In this document: positions 19,437-28,605 of the stretch, one piece after another
Layout: every line of letters starts with the position of its first letter
Position numbering within the stretch: the stretch's first letter is position 1
IMG/VR virus record: IMGVR_UViG_3300033165_000106
DNA from: an uncultured virus (IMG/VR IMGVR_UViG_3300033165_000106)
Lineage: Duplodnaviria; Heunggongvirae; Uroviricota; Caudoviricetes
Length of the DNA stretch: 64,000 bases
Direction: 5' to 3' (one strand)
Program-made: the position numbers and the translations under genes
The notes under the pieces: generated by a model
Databases searched by the model: none
Seen by the model: only the letters and a program-made list of their open reading frames with translations
What the model was told of the DNA's origin: nothing

Positions 19437-20253
19437 CCTCTATGATTTCAGGATCTTTAACGTTCTTTTCCACACCTTCGAGCACCGCATCCACCAACCG
19501 CTCGAACTTTGCCATGACTTGTTCAGCAGTCAGAGTCAGACGCATTTCTTTCTGGCGCTTAACTTCGGCTTGCTGCAAATCTTTAATCGTCCGCATGTTC
19601 TGTCGCAACTCATCCCAGGCGGCTTTTGTCTCTTTGAGAGAATCGAGCGTGCCGCGAATGAGATCCACCCCATCCCGAACGTCGCCGCCTTCGATTTTAG
19701 ACAGACCTTTATACAAAGCCTGCAGGTGTTCGTACTGCGTCAGACCGCCCGCCGTCAACTCTTCAAGCAGTTGAGCATTACGCGCCTCCAATAAAGCCAT
19801 ATTCTTACGCTGGTCCAAAATCTCAGGATCTTGCAGCGCGAATAAAACTTTATCGGCTAAATTGCCCTTCACATATGATGTTATACTTTTATTCATAGAG
19901 TATCTGGAAGTTCCTCCATGCACACGACACACATATCGACCCGGCACAGCCGCCTTACCGCACTGACAGTCGGGCCACATCTCTTCTTCGGTTAAGAGCC
20001 TGTCTTCCGGTCCAGCTTTTTCCTTAATCTTTCTCCAAGACGTAGCGTGACACCGCATCTTACCGTTCTTAAGAAAGCGCACCCCTTTACCTTCGATAAA
20101 TCTGCGCTTGGGCGTTCCTGGTCTGGCTTTAGCGGCAGAACATTCTTTACAAGAGGGGTATAAGCCGGATTTAAGATGGGGATCACGATCAAAATATTCA
20201 GGCGTAGCCGGAAAAAGCCGACCACATTTGGTACACTTTTTCATCGTTGTCAT
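19336..20253 (-). CDS. Putative terminase small subunit (N-terminal Zn finger + HGG motif)
   Basis: CTKC...CKEC, CRVHGGTS, helical C-terminus, directly upstream of terL. Confidence 0.6.
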   Translation of the reverse strand: MTTMKKCTKCGRLFPATPEYFDRDPHLKSGLYPSCKECSAAKARPGTPKRRFIEGKGVRFLKNGKMRCHATSWRKIKEKAGPEDRLLTEEEMWPDCQCGKAAVPGRYVCRVHGGTSRYSMNKSITSYVKGNLADKVLFALQDPEILDQRKNMALLEARNAQLLEELTAGGLTQYEHLQALYKGLSKIEGGDVRDGVDLIRGTLDSLKETKAAWDELRQNMRTIKDLQQAEVKRQKEMRLTLTAEQVMAKFERLVDAVLEGVEKNVKDPEIIEGVYQHVSGALRESIGTPGLGLLAAIEGQSREDN

Positions 20254-20279
20254 GTATGTATCATACTATGATGAAGGGG

Positions 20280-20304
20280 AAAACAAAAACCCCCGTGAGG
20301 GGGC
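20280..20304 (-). terminator. Rho-independent terminator
   Basis: CCCCC-TCAC-GGGGG then TTTTTGTTTT on minus strand. Confidence 0.65.
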
Positions 20305-20479
20305 ACTAAGTAGAAAGCAGTAAGTGGGCTAAGTCTCTTTTGCTTCCATCCAGTCCACGCGGACGATCTGCAGACCGAGATAGTAGAAGTCTAGGGGCGT
20401 TATAGCAAAGATACGATCATCACCCTCAAAACTGAGAAACACATGAGTATTCTCAAACCCACGCAGAACTACAGGATAC

Positions 20480-20800
20480 TTACTTACCATATCGATTCTC
20501 GATACGACTCGCTAGAAGAAACTCTTTGTGATCCAGACCGGAAGGCGGTCGTTCTGTCCACGAAGAAATGACCTTCACCGCAGCGATAATTGTTACAATC
20601 ACCTTGATTACCTGCTCGAAAAACAGCGCAATACCTTCGCCATCTTCCCCGAAAGCGTCTTCGATTTGTCGAAGCTGATCTTCCGAAAAGCCAAACGCGC
20701 CGCCTAGAGTCAAAAGAATAGCGAGAAACGCCACCCAGAAGCGGCGATCCACCAGTACCGTTCCAATCTTTTCCAACGTTTTAACAACCTTCTCATTCAT
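20480..20800 (-). CDS. Two-TM membrane protein, holin-like
   Basis: DRRFWVAFL motif, two hydrophobic segments. Confidence 0.5.
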   Translation of the reverse strand: MNEKVVKTLEKIGTVLVDRRFWVAFLAILLTLGGAFGFSEDQLRQIEDAFGEDGEGIALFFEQVIKVIVTIIAAVKVISSWTERPPSGLDHKEFLLASRIENRYGK

Positions 20801-21003
20801 GCCTGATTCCTCCCAGAATTCGGTCGAGCCACCTGTATAACTTTAGCACTTTATCTTCTGTCAGAAAAACACCTTCGCCCTCTAGCTGCGGATCGCTGAA
20901 CAGAGCAATTTGCACGACATCTTTGCCGTCAATCTCAGACTGTTCCGCCACCAGAGTCGTTGGATCTTCAAACAGATCAGCGTCCGATAACTTAAGTCTC
21001 ATC
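20793..21003 (-). CDS. Hypothetical protein (start approximate)
   Basis: Tightly packed ORF in minus-strand operon. Confidence 0.45.
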
Positions 21004-21417
21004 CAAAAAAGTCTTCCCAGCAAAACTCGGATATGAGTACAGCAGATCTTTCAAAATGTCGTCTGTTATTCTGCCCTTACGCCACTCACTCACACGAGTA
21101 AGCGCCTCTCCCGCCTCCAATGTATTGTAAATTGGTTTAGAGTAATATACGGTAATACCGTAAGAATTCTCATCAAACCGCATAAAATACAGACACTTTT
21201 CTCTCCATACTGCGGTTGCTACTGCATACAACTCCTGTCCAGTTTCGTACTCAAGACACAACACACTTGAATCGGGGTTAGTTTGCATACCCAGAATATC
21301 ACGGAGTTGAGTCCGTAGGTTTTCTGCGCGTTCTTTACGCTCAGCGTCCAATTTGTCAGTATACTCTTTAACTGCTTTATCCCACCAGTTAGTCATCATC
21401 GTTTTCGCTTTCCACAA
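20992..21417 (-). CDS. Hypothetical protein, paralog of 21389..21814
   Basis: MTNWWDKA...L.DLL.SY..F.G.TF. Confidence 0.65.
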   Translation of the reverse strand: MWKAKTMMTNWWDKAVKEYTDKLDAERKERAENLRTQLRDILGMQTNPDSSVLCLEYETGQELYAVATAVWREKCLYFMRFDENSYGITVYYSKPIYNTLEAGEALTRVSEWRKGRITDDILKDLLYSYPSFAGKTFLDET

Positions 21418-21814
21418 ACGTATAACCTACAAAACCAGAATAAGAGTGTAGAAGATCTTCTAACACATGACCATGTGGAATAAAACTTTTCCACTCTCTT
21501 ATGCGAGATAACTCATATCCAGCATCGTGTGAGTTATCAAAAGCAGCAGACACATAAGCCTTACACTTCATACCTGTATAAGTGTCTACGCGAAACGCCC
21601 TTAAAACAGAAAATTTTCCGTAATAATCGGATACAACCGTTAGAAAAATAGTCTTATCGTTCTTATATGTGAGACGGATTACACCCGAATTTGGATCTAT
21701 ACTCCAATCAAAAACTTGCTTAACCAGATCTCTTAATGCGTCTGAGCGAACTCTACGCTTTTCACTCTCCGCACCCAAATAGGTATTTTCAGCTTTACTC
21801 CACCAGTTAGTCAT
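21389..21814 (-). CDS. Hypothetical protein, paralog of 20992..21417
   Basis: MTNWWSKA...L.DLL.SY..F.G.TF. Confidence 0.65.
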   Translation of the reverse strand: MTNWWSKAENTYLGAESEKRRVRSDALRDLVKQVFDWSIDPNSGVIRLTYKNDKTIFLTVVSDYYGKFSVLRAFRVDTYTGMKCKAYVSAAFDNSHDAGYELSRIREWKSFIPHGHVLEDLLHSYSGFVGYTFVESENDDD

Positions 21815-22050
21815 CGTCTGTTCCTTAATTTATCACTCAGATAACGATTGATCTTATTTGCAGTTGCTTTCGACACAAAGAAATTAATTTCCTGTCCCTG
21901 AGAATCTACCAATCGCATCTCAATAAAAAAGGTATTATCACCGTGATATTCCATCTCCAACCAATGTGCTTCTTCAAGCAAACTCTGGTCTGGAAATTCG
22001 GAACTATCGACCGCATATGCGCAATCCAGGTCATGCCAGCGTGTACTCAT
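21811..22050 (-). CDS. Hypothetical protein
   Basis: ATGA-coupled ORF in operon. Confidence 0.55.
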   Translation of the reverse strand: MSTRWHDLDCAYAVDSSEFPDQSLLEEAHWLEMEYHGDNTFFIEMRLVDSQGQEINFFVSKATANKINRYLSDKLRNRR

Positions 22051-22051
22051 C

Positions 22052-22312
22052 TCATATTATCCAATCCAGTCGGTGTTCAATGCAATACAACAAACCAGTA
22101 CGCGAGACAACGATATAAGACGACAGCAAATAAGGATCCAACTCTACATCTTCCGTCATCCATTCAGCAACAGTCGGCAACCCCTCTGTGTCGTGTGTAA
22201 TGGCTTTCCACACAAGTTCCGTAACTTCTTCTACCAAAACACCGAACTCATCGTTATCAATCGCATCGTTCAAAGCCTTAGTGAGATACTTCATCTCCGA
22301 CTTCCTTATCAA
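22052..22312 (-). CDS. Hypothetical protein
   Basis: Operon packing. Confidence 0.5.
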   Translation of the reverse strand: MIRKSEMKYLTKALNDAIDNDEFGVLVEEVTELVWKAITHDTEGLPTVAEWMTEDVELDPYLLSSYIVVSRTGLLYCIEHRLDWII

Positions 22313-22553
22313 CTGATACCCTAAAATTAGTTGGAATAAAGTCCGCCTGATCGAAATCCGACACGCTCTCCATCAGACCAAAAAACCGCTTCACCAAATC
22401 CAGAATTTGCTCTTGCTGCTCCCCAATTCGATCTTCCTGCACAGCGAAATCTCGATTCGGTCCCATAAAATAAACTTTAATCGTCGCAATATATTTCACT
22501 TCTTGATCTTCCATGCCTTGTAGGTTTCCTTTATCGCGTCTTCCGTCATCCAC
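22278..22553 (-). CDS. Hypothetical protein
   Basis: Operon packing. Confidence 0.5.
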   Translation of the reverse strand: MDDGRRDKGNLQGMEDQEVKYIATIKVYFMGPNRDFAVQEDRIGEQQEQILDLVKRFFGLMESVSDFDQADFIPTNFRVSVDKEVGDEVSH

Positions 22554-22696
22554 TCAGGGTTACTCTTCAAAAACTCCCAGACTGCATCCCAAAACTGAAC
22601 GACTTTCCGCCGCGAGAACTTATGATGTCGGCGCAGCTTTTCTGATTCTTGATCGATCAACCTGGATACCTCATTGATCCGATCTACGTCCATCAT
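22496..22696 (-). CDS. Hypothetical protein
   Basis: RBS AGGTGGTG, operon packing. Confidence 0.5.
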   Translation of the reverse strand: MMDVDRINEVSRLIDQESEKLRRHHKFSRRKVVQFWDAVWEFLKSNPEWMTEDAIKETYKAWKIKK

Positions 22697-22705
22697 ACAC
22701 CACCT

Positions 22706-23743
22706 TTAAAATTTTGTCAAGTAGGGAGCCACCAATTGAATCGATTCGGGATCCGTCACCCCGTCAACTTGCTTGAACACCAGAAAACCGCGCACCGAAG
22801 GTCGCCATTTGGCATTATAGTCGTATTTATAATTCTCGGTTTCAGCCATACCGCCCATGCCCGGCTCAATCAACAACAAGTGCCCACCGGCTACGCTCAT
22901 CATCGTTCGTTGGTGGACATGGAAATGCACGATGACATTAATATGTCTCAGATTTAGAGATCGCTCCCAGTCGGTAAACCACATCCGGTACAACTTGGAA
23001 ACAGCAGGCTCCGTCCGACTACTCGAAAAGTTCATGTGACTGAACAGAACATCTCCCAGGACATACACAAACTCGTTGTGCATTCCCGTCGCGTAAATAT
23101 CCCCATTAGGGAAGCGCAGATCGATGTCCTTACCAACAAGCTGAACGCGATCCTCCAATCCATCACACAGTAGTTCCATCGGATCTTTATAATAATTCAA
23201 CACCCAATCGGGAAAAACTTCCAAGATTCGTTTCAACACCCGAACATCGTGGTTGCCCAACAGGATGTGAATCTCGCCGTCCGTTTCTTCCAACAAAGTC
23301 TCAATCACCGCTCGCATCTCAGCAATCTCGTCCCTGCAGGACTCTTGCTTTCTACGATTGGCTTGCTTCTTTGTCTCGCTCGGCCAGCGCGAGGCTTGAG
23401 CCTGGTCGAATGTATCGCCCCCAAATACATAAATATCCGCGTTACACTTTACCAACTCAGAGATAATTCGAGGATCGGGCTGACCATGAAAGTCACCTAC
23501 CGCCGCAATCGTGATCTCCTTAGAGTTTCTTTTGGGTGGAGCAGGGGAGTAAGTAGTGCCTAAATACTCGCGGAGAACTTCGCGGCGATCATCGACCGAT
23601 GTGAATTTTCTGGACGATTTATAATTCTTCACGTAGCGGCGAGCCGATCTCCCCGGTATGTGAAGTGCTCTGGATAGTTCTGCGCCTGTTGTTTGAGGAA
23701 AACGATCTAAGTAGTCTTTAACGTATTCAGGTATGCTTGACAT
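22706..23743 (-). CDS. Calcineurin-like metallophosphoesterase with N-terminal HTH
   Basis: GDFHG, GGDTFD, LGNHD, FSH, HFHVH; N-term GAELSRALHIPGRSARRY. Confidence 0.85.
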   Translation of the reverse strand: MSSIPEYVKDYLDRFPQTTGAELSRALHIPGRSARRYVKNYKSSRKFTSVDDRREVLREYLGTTYSPAPPKRNSKEITIAAVGDFHGQPDPRIISELVKCNADIYVFGGDTFDQAQASRWPSETKKQANRRKQESCRDEIAEMRAVIETLLEETDGEIHILLGNHDVRVLKRILEVFPDWVLNYYKDPMELLCDGLEDRVQLVGKDIDLRFPNGDIYATGMHNEFVYVLGDVLFSHMNFSSSRTEPAVSKLYRMWFTDWERSLNLRHINVIVHFHVHQRTMMSVAGGHLLLIEPGMGGMAETENYKYDYNAKWRPSVRGFLVFKQVDGVTDPESIQLVAPYLTKF

Positions 23744-23924
23744 GCACTATGTTATCCAATCTCAGGTTATGAAGGCTCAGGATCGCAGTTTCGCGCCAGC
23801 CACACTTTACACAATTTAAGTAAACGCGAATGCGCGACTTGTCTATCCTTTGGGGAGGACCTATAATCGCAAAACATTTGCCACAGCGCGGACAGGGATA
23901 AATGTCCACTTCTTTTTTCTGCAT
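23727..23924 (-). CDS. Small zinc-ribbon protein
   Basis: CPRC...CVKCG. Confidence 0.5.
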   Translation of the reverse strand: MQKKEVDIYPCPRCGKCFAIIGPPQRIDKSRIRVYLNCVKCGWRETAILSLHNLRLDNIVHVKHT

Positions 23925-24007
23925 CTATTATATCCTATTTCTCTGGCAGACGCACAACCCGACGACACCCTAAACACAGATATTTATCGCCGTACCAGTG
24001 AATCAAT

Positions 24008-24319
24008 CTACTCCGACACATCGGGCAGATCTTCTCCGTAGACAAACTTTTTCCAGGTTCTATCGAACTCTTCTTCATCCCAGTCACAACTCGCCCACCA
24101 TTCCGTTGCCTGTAGTATATCATACATACGACGACCTAAAGCCAGAAAACGACGCTCAATCGTCTGCAGGTCTTTGATGTAGATCAGAACTTCGTCCGCC
24201 GCATCGTGCTTTTCGTTCTCGCGTAAATATTCTTCGATCCGATACAGATCGCCTATTCGAGAAAAGATTTCGCCGCTATCCACCGCAAAACAAACGTAAT
24301 CAAAACTGCCGCCGCTCAT
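24008..24319 (-). CDS. Hypothetical phage protein (MSGGSFDY N-terminus)
   Basis: RBS GGAGG, operon packing. Confidence 0.6.
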   Translation of the reverse strand: MSGGSFDYVCFAVDSGEIFSRIGDLYRIEEYLRENEKHDAADEVLIYIKDLQTIERRFLALGRRMYDILQATEWWASCDWDEEEFDRTWKKFVYGEDLPDVSE

Positions 24320-24985
24320 TTAACCCTCCGGCTCTATAGCAGACAAAGATTCAGTTGACGTGTGATACCAGGGCGAAGACAGCGAAAGAACGATATCCGG
24401 TCCCTCCGTTCGAGAAAAACTCTCAGCATACAACCTTTCACATTCCAAAGCAGAAACACCTTCTTCAAACCACCCATAAGTCTCGATCATCCGTTGGGAA
24501 TAAAGAGCGGGGCGATGTCCAAACGCAAACCCATATCGGTCTAAACGCAAGCCCCAACTGTTCCAGTAATCGGTAAATGCTTCGACATGACCTCGAATAT
24601 TAGGGTGCGGCGGTCCCAGGCGGACCATACCTACATCTTCCCGCTCTTCTAAAACCATTACCCAATGTGTGAAGTCTATCGGGTACGCCAGCCACCAGTC
24701 ATCAACCGCATATAAAACATAAGGTGATGTCTCAAAGGCTTTCGCAAATCCCCGATTCAGACTCGCTCCAACACCCCGCCTTTCCTGACGGGAATGCGTA
24801 ATCGAGCCTTTCCAGATTAACTCAGGGTGCCAGATATGCTTCGATCCGTCATCGGCACAATGTAAATGTAGATCACCATTATATCTCAGATTTTCAACCC
24901 ACGAGTGCAGCGTTTTTTCCGCTAAGAATCTCCGATGCACATCGGGAAAGTAAGTCGTTATCACGATTGTCACGTCAGGAAACAT
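24320..24985 (-). CDS. Glycosyltransferase family 2, paralog of 2833..3507
   Basis: VITTY, ADDGS, RRGVGASLN, AVDDW, GMVRLG. Confidence 0.82.
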   Translation of the reverse strand: MFPDVTIVITTYFPDVHRRFLAEKTLHSWVENLRYNGDLHLHCADDGSKHIWHPELIWKGSITHSRQERRGVGASLNRGFAKAFETSPYVLYAVDDWWLAYPIDFTHWVMVLEEREDVGMVRLGPPHPNIRGHVEAFTDYWNSWGLRLDRYGFAFGHRPALYSQRMIETYGWFEEGVSALECERLYAESFSRTEGPDIVLSLSSPWYHTSTESLSAIEPEG

Positions 24986-25200
24986 CAGCGAACCTCGAAC
25001 ATATCACAGAACACCGAATCAAACACCGTTTTACATACCGGACAGCGCATAGCGGGGTGATAACCACACAGATCACAGTCAATCTTTGTATACTTCCATT
25101 TTATATGTGAAGACCACTCGTTGCACTCAGGACAGTGGATTTCACAACCCCCTTTAGGTCTTACATCGCAAGGAAACTGGCGCAGATCGCTAATCTTCAA
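24985..25200 (-). CDS. Small Cys-rich zinc-finger protein
   Basis: CPEC, CDLC, CPVC. Confidence 0.55.
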   Translation of the reverse strand: MKISDLRQFPCDVRPKGGCEIHCPECNEWSSHIKWKYTKIDCDLCGYHPAMRCPVCKTVFDSVFCDMFEVR

Positions 25201-25630
25201 AATAAGCCTCGATAGTATCCCAGATAAACTGGCCGGGGTAATTCGCTTCCACCAGATCTTTATGATCCCGCAGCCACATCAGATAAGTGTGCCACTCGAA
25301 ATCGCTAGGGGCATTTCGATCTGAGATAAACATTCCCAACGGGAGCTTCTTCCCCGTGCTCTCGTAAATAACTTTGTACAAAGGAATATTACAAAAACAA
25401 TCGCAGTATTGCTGAGCGATATCTTCTTTAGTCATACTATAACGCTCTAGAAATTCGTGGTTAAAATGACACCCCAGAATTTGATAAGTCACACCGCACG
25501 TTGAACAACGGATCTGACCATTATAATCTGTCCACGTTCCCTTGAGTTCGTTCCCACATACCAGACAAACTTCGGTGCCTTGCTGAACGTGCTCAATAAA
25601 CTGCTCTTCGGTGTAAGGTTGAATATTCAC
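25190..25630 (-). CDS. Hypothetical zinc-binding protein
   Basis: CLVCG...CSTCG. Confidence 0.55.
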   Translation of the reverse strand: MNIQPYTEEQFIEHVQQGTEVCLVCGNELKGTWTDYNGQIRCSTCGVTYQILGCHFNHEFLERYSMTKEDIAQQYCDCFCNIPLYKVIYESTGKKLPLGMFISDRNAPSDFEWHTYLMWLRDHKDLVEANYPGQFIWDTIEAYFED

Positions 25631-25896
25631 TATTTATCTCCAAAGTTATCGGGATGTCCTGGGTGCCAACTATCATAATCGTCAATGTCAAACCACTCAG
25701 GATACAGATCCTCAAACACCCTCTGAACGGTAGGATGATCCCAGTACCCGCTCTCTGATTGACAGTCCCAATCCATATCTGACAAAGAATCTGCCAGAAT
25801 ATACAGGATATCGTACTGATCCGCTTCCGGTAGTTTAGAACTCAAAACCGCACCGGCAACCTTATCGAAAATCTCTGTACCAGAACACCAGCCCAT
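25630..25896 (-). CDS. Hypothetical phage protein (MGWCSG N-terminus)
   Basis: RBS GGAGG before ATG at 25896. Confidence 0.55.
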   Translation of the reverse strand: MGWCSGTEIFDKVAGAVLSSKLPEADQYDILYILADSLSDMDWDCQSESGYWDHPTVQRVFEDLYPEWFDIDDYDSWHPGHPDNFGDK

Positions 25897-26396
25897 TACG
25901 CATTCCTCCAGCCACAATAATCGTGTATATAGTTTCGAACAAGACGGTATAACCCGTTCTCTTTCAGATTCATCTCTCTGGCGAACTCAGCAATATTACG
26001 AACTTTGTACCGTTTGCCTTCGGGTGAGATAAAGCGGTGATAAATGTCCCTATCAGGTAAATGCCAGCCTTTATATTGTTTGACCTGACCGCTCAACACC
26101 TGAGAAATTACGATGGGATTGAGATCGTGCTCCCGACAGAACTTCGCTTGAGAATAAAACTTGTATTCGTACCCGTCAGGATCAACCAAAATTTTAATGA
26201 CCAATGATCCCGGCAAGTGCCAGCCTTTATGGTGATACCGCTTTCTGTTCAAAACCTGATTGAGACATGATGCTCGTAATCCGTGCTCTGCTGCAAATTG
26301 TACTTGATTTTTAATTTCATACTCATTACCGTCTGGATCTAAGATGATCATACTCCAATTAACCCTTTCTGTCAAGCAACTCGATAATAACCTCAT
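25896..26396 (-). CDS. Protein of three NUMOD1-like repeats (likely start ~26351)
   Basis: (D/S)P(D/E)G..Y......F..E..L.......V.......(K/C)GW x3. Confidence 0.6.
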   Translation of the reverse strand: MRLLSSCLTERVNWSMIILDPDGNEYEIKNQVQFAAEHGLRASCLNQVLNRKRYHHKGWHLPGSLVIKILVDPDGYEYKFYSQAKFCREHDLNPIVISQVLSGQVKQYKGWHLPDRDIYHRFISPEGKRYKVRNIAEFAREMNLKENGLYRLVRNYIHDYCGWRNA

Positions 26397-26486
26397 TCAT
26401 CACGTTTACATCCTAAATAGAACAAAACAGGCATTAAAATTCCAATAAACAGGTGAATTAACCAGAAAAGCAGACAACAATCGGGC

Positions 26487-26756
26487 TTATTCATCTACCT
26501 TCTCGTATGTCTCAATAAATATTTCTGGATCACAAGGATAAAACTCATCCCTGACACCCCGAAGAACATACCAACCCAATCGACACTGCATTTCACCTTC
26601 GAGCGTAAGAATCATGAGACTGTCATCTTCATCTGGATCTATATAAGCAGCACAGGTGTTTACTGTATTCATCCACTCAAAGATTTCTTCTGCGTTATCA
26701 CCTATGTACTGAACAGCCTCAATCACAACGGGTTTCTTGCGGTATTTAGCGATCAT
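26487..26756 (-). CDS. Conserved phage hypothetical protein
   Basis: KYRKKPVVIEAVQ...TLEG.M...G...EFYPC.P.IF..TY. Confidence 0.75.
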   Translation of the reverse strand: MIAKYRKKPVVIEAVQYIGDNAEEIFEWMNTVNTCAAYIDPDEDDSLMILTLEGEMQCRLGWYVLRGVRDEFYPCDPEIFIETYEKVDE

Positions 26757-26980
26757 TTTATCCCCAATCTGTATTTCACGCGATCATTCACCACTTCCCA
26801 TATAAAAGGAGTCCACTCTTTATTGCTAACCAGACGATCTAAAATAGTTAAATCAGCGCCAACCTCGTGTGTCTCATAAGGCAAACAGGCTCTATCTTCG
26901 TTTATGTAGTTATATAAACCATAATCTACACAGATCTGGCGTAAAAGTTCGTACTTTTGCTCACTAGTTAACGTATTCAT
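26753..26980 (-). CDS. Hypothetical protein
   Basis: Operon packing. Confidence 0.5.
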   Translation of the reverse strand: MNTLTSEQKYELLRQICVDYGLYNYINEDRACLPYETHEVGADLTILDRLVSNKEWTPFIWEVVNDRVKYRLGIK

Positions 26981-28334
26981 CTAAAATTACCCAAATATCC
27001 GTCAAATCGTTCCAGTATTGAGGCTCAAACTCAATCAGGTCAGGATGATAACTGCTAATTCCAGCCCGTTGTGCAACTGCATCGATATACATACTAAACC
27101 GACCTTCGCCCGGCACAACCAGCAGATCGGGAATCCCCGCTTCTTCGATTACATCTGCATACTGCTCGACAAAAGACGTATCCACTGACAGTCGCCAACC
27201 CTTATGCAACACAGACGGATTAATTATTTGCGGTTTTGGATCTGTACCGCGCCCAACTTCCTTAAACCCCAACAAAGTCAGCGGAATTTCGTTTTCTGCA
27301 CAGGATTCAATTACATCTTCCAGCCGCCAATCGGGGTGCGCACCAACTACAAAGTGCGCCGAAATTTTCCCGCGCAACCCATAAAGAATCTCTGCAGCCT
27401 TTAACTTGCCCACTTCCCAAGTGCTCCCTACTGACACCGCTACGCCGCCTACAACTTCCATTACCGCTTGTAAAAGATCAGAAGACCAGTGTTCCGGTGT
27501 TACTTTTGTCGTAAAATTAGGCACGATACCTAAATCGTGTGTCTTACGCAGAATCTTCACAAAGTCGGGATGCAAAGTAGGTTCGCCGCCGCCCAGCGCA
27601 ATCTCGAACACGCCACTATTGCTCATCATTTCCAGATAAGATTCAATAATCGATAACGGTGCGTGAATGCCCCGCCGACTGCTGTCTTGATAACAAAACG
27701 GGCAATCAAACGGACAGTAATCTGTAATCTTGAAATCAATTAATTCAGGATAAACAGATCGCCATAGTTCTTGTGGATTCTCTTCAAACGAAAACCGCAT
27801 CTTCGCGCCCGTCTCAACACAAAACATCGTCCACCAGTCACCTGACTTTCGTGCGTACCATTTGAGATTCCACCCTCTAGGCAAATCTACTTCGTATTGA
27901 TAATACTCTTCAAAATCACGCCTATCACTATTATCGTTACCCCCTAGAACAACCACATCTTTCCGACGCATAAATCGAGAGAAGTCTTGAACGAATAGCT
28001 GACTCACCTGTTTGGTAATCGGATCATGAGGAATTTCAATTGCTGAGTTATGATCAATATACCACCCCTTCGACCAGGGAATTCCCCGAAACCACTCGCG
28101 CATAATAATTTCAGTCAGATCTTCCCCGTAAAACTCTAACAAAGAAGACCCAACTGCTGCCGCCAGATAAGACAACTTATCCTGCTGATTTTTGAGAACG
28201 AAATTCTCCCAACCATATTCTCCCTCAACCACATCAAAGCCAGACGGAGCAGACACGCCTTTTGGTAAAACTACAATACTATGTGAACTTGAAGAATTAG
28301 TTGCAAACCCCAACCGAACGTTACTGATCTTCAT
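26964..28334 (-). CDS. Radical SAM protein with FATNSSSSHS N-terminal domain
   Basis: CPFDCPFC cluster motif, GGGEPTLHP. Confidence 0.88.
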   Translation of the reverse strand: MKISNVRLGFATNSSSSHSIVVLPKGVSAPSGFDVVEGEYGWENFVLKNQQDKLSYLAAAVGSSLLEFYGEDLTEIIMREWFRGIPWSKGWYIDHNSAIEIPHDPITKQVSQLFVQDFSRFMRRKDVVVLGGNDNSDRRDFEEYYQYEVDLPRGWNLKWYARKSGDWWTMFCVETGAKMRFSFEENPQELWRSVYPELIDFKITDYCPFDCPFCYQDSSRRGIHAPLSIIESYLEMMSNSGVFEIALGGGEPTLHPDFVKILRKTHDLGIVPNFTTKVTPEHWSSDLLQAVMEVVGGVAVSVGSTWEVGKLKAAEILYGLRGKISAHFVVGAHPDWRLEDVIESCAENEIPLTLLGFKEVGRGTDPKPQIINPSVLHKGWRLSVDTSFVEQYADVIEEAGIPDLLVVPGEGRFSMYIDAVAQRAGISSYHPDLIEFEPQYWNDLTDIWVILDEYVN

Positions 28335-28605
28335 TTTCTTGCTCCAATAGACTGCACATTATTTCGTCATTGTACAACTCTGTCTCGCCACACAGATAAG
28401 GACAGTCGTGCTCGCCTTCGACATCTATCTGAGTGCCATCTTCAAAGATAATTTTACGCAACTTGAACACCGGATCGCCAAATTCTTCCGAGATATAACC
28501 TTGAACATCCTTGATCGGTCCCACCCACGCGGACAGGCTAATATAAAACGAGTTTCCTACCTGAATGTCTTTGTAATTTACTATGTTAACTCCAACCACT
28601 TCCAT
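28321..28605 (-). CDS. Hypothetical protein
   Basis: Operon packing. Confidence 0.55.
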   Translation of the reverse strand: MEVVGVNIVNYKDIQVGNSFYISLSAWVGPIKDVQGYISEEFGDPVFKLRKIIFEDGTQIDVEGEHDCPYLCGETELYNDEIMCSLLEQENEDQ

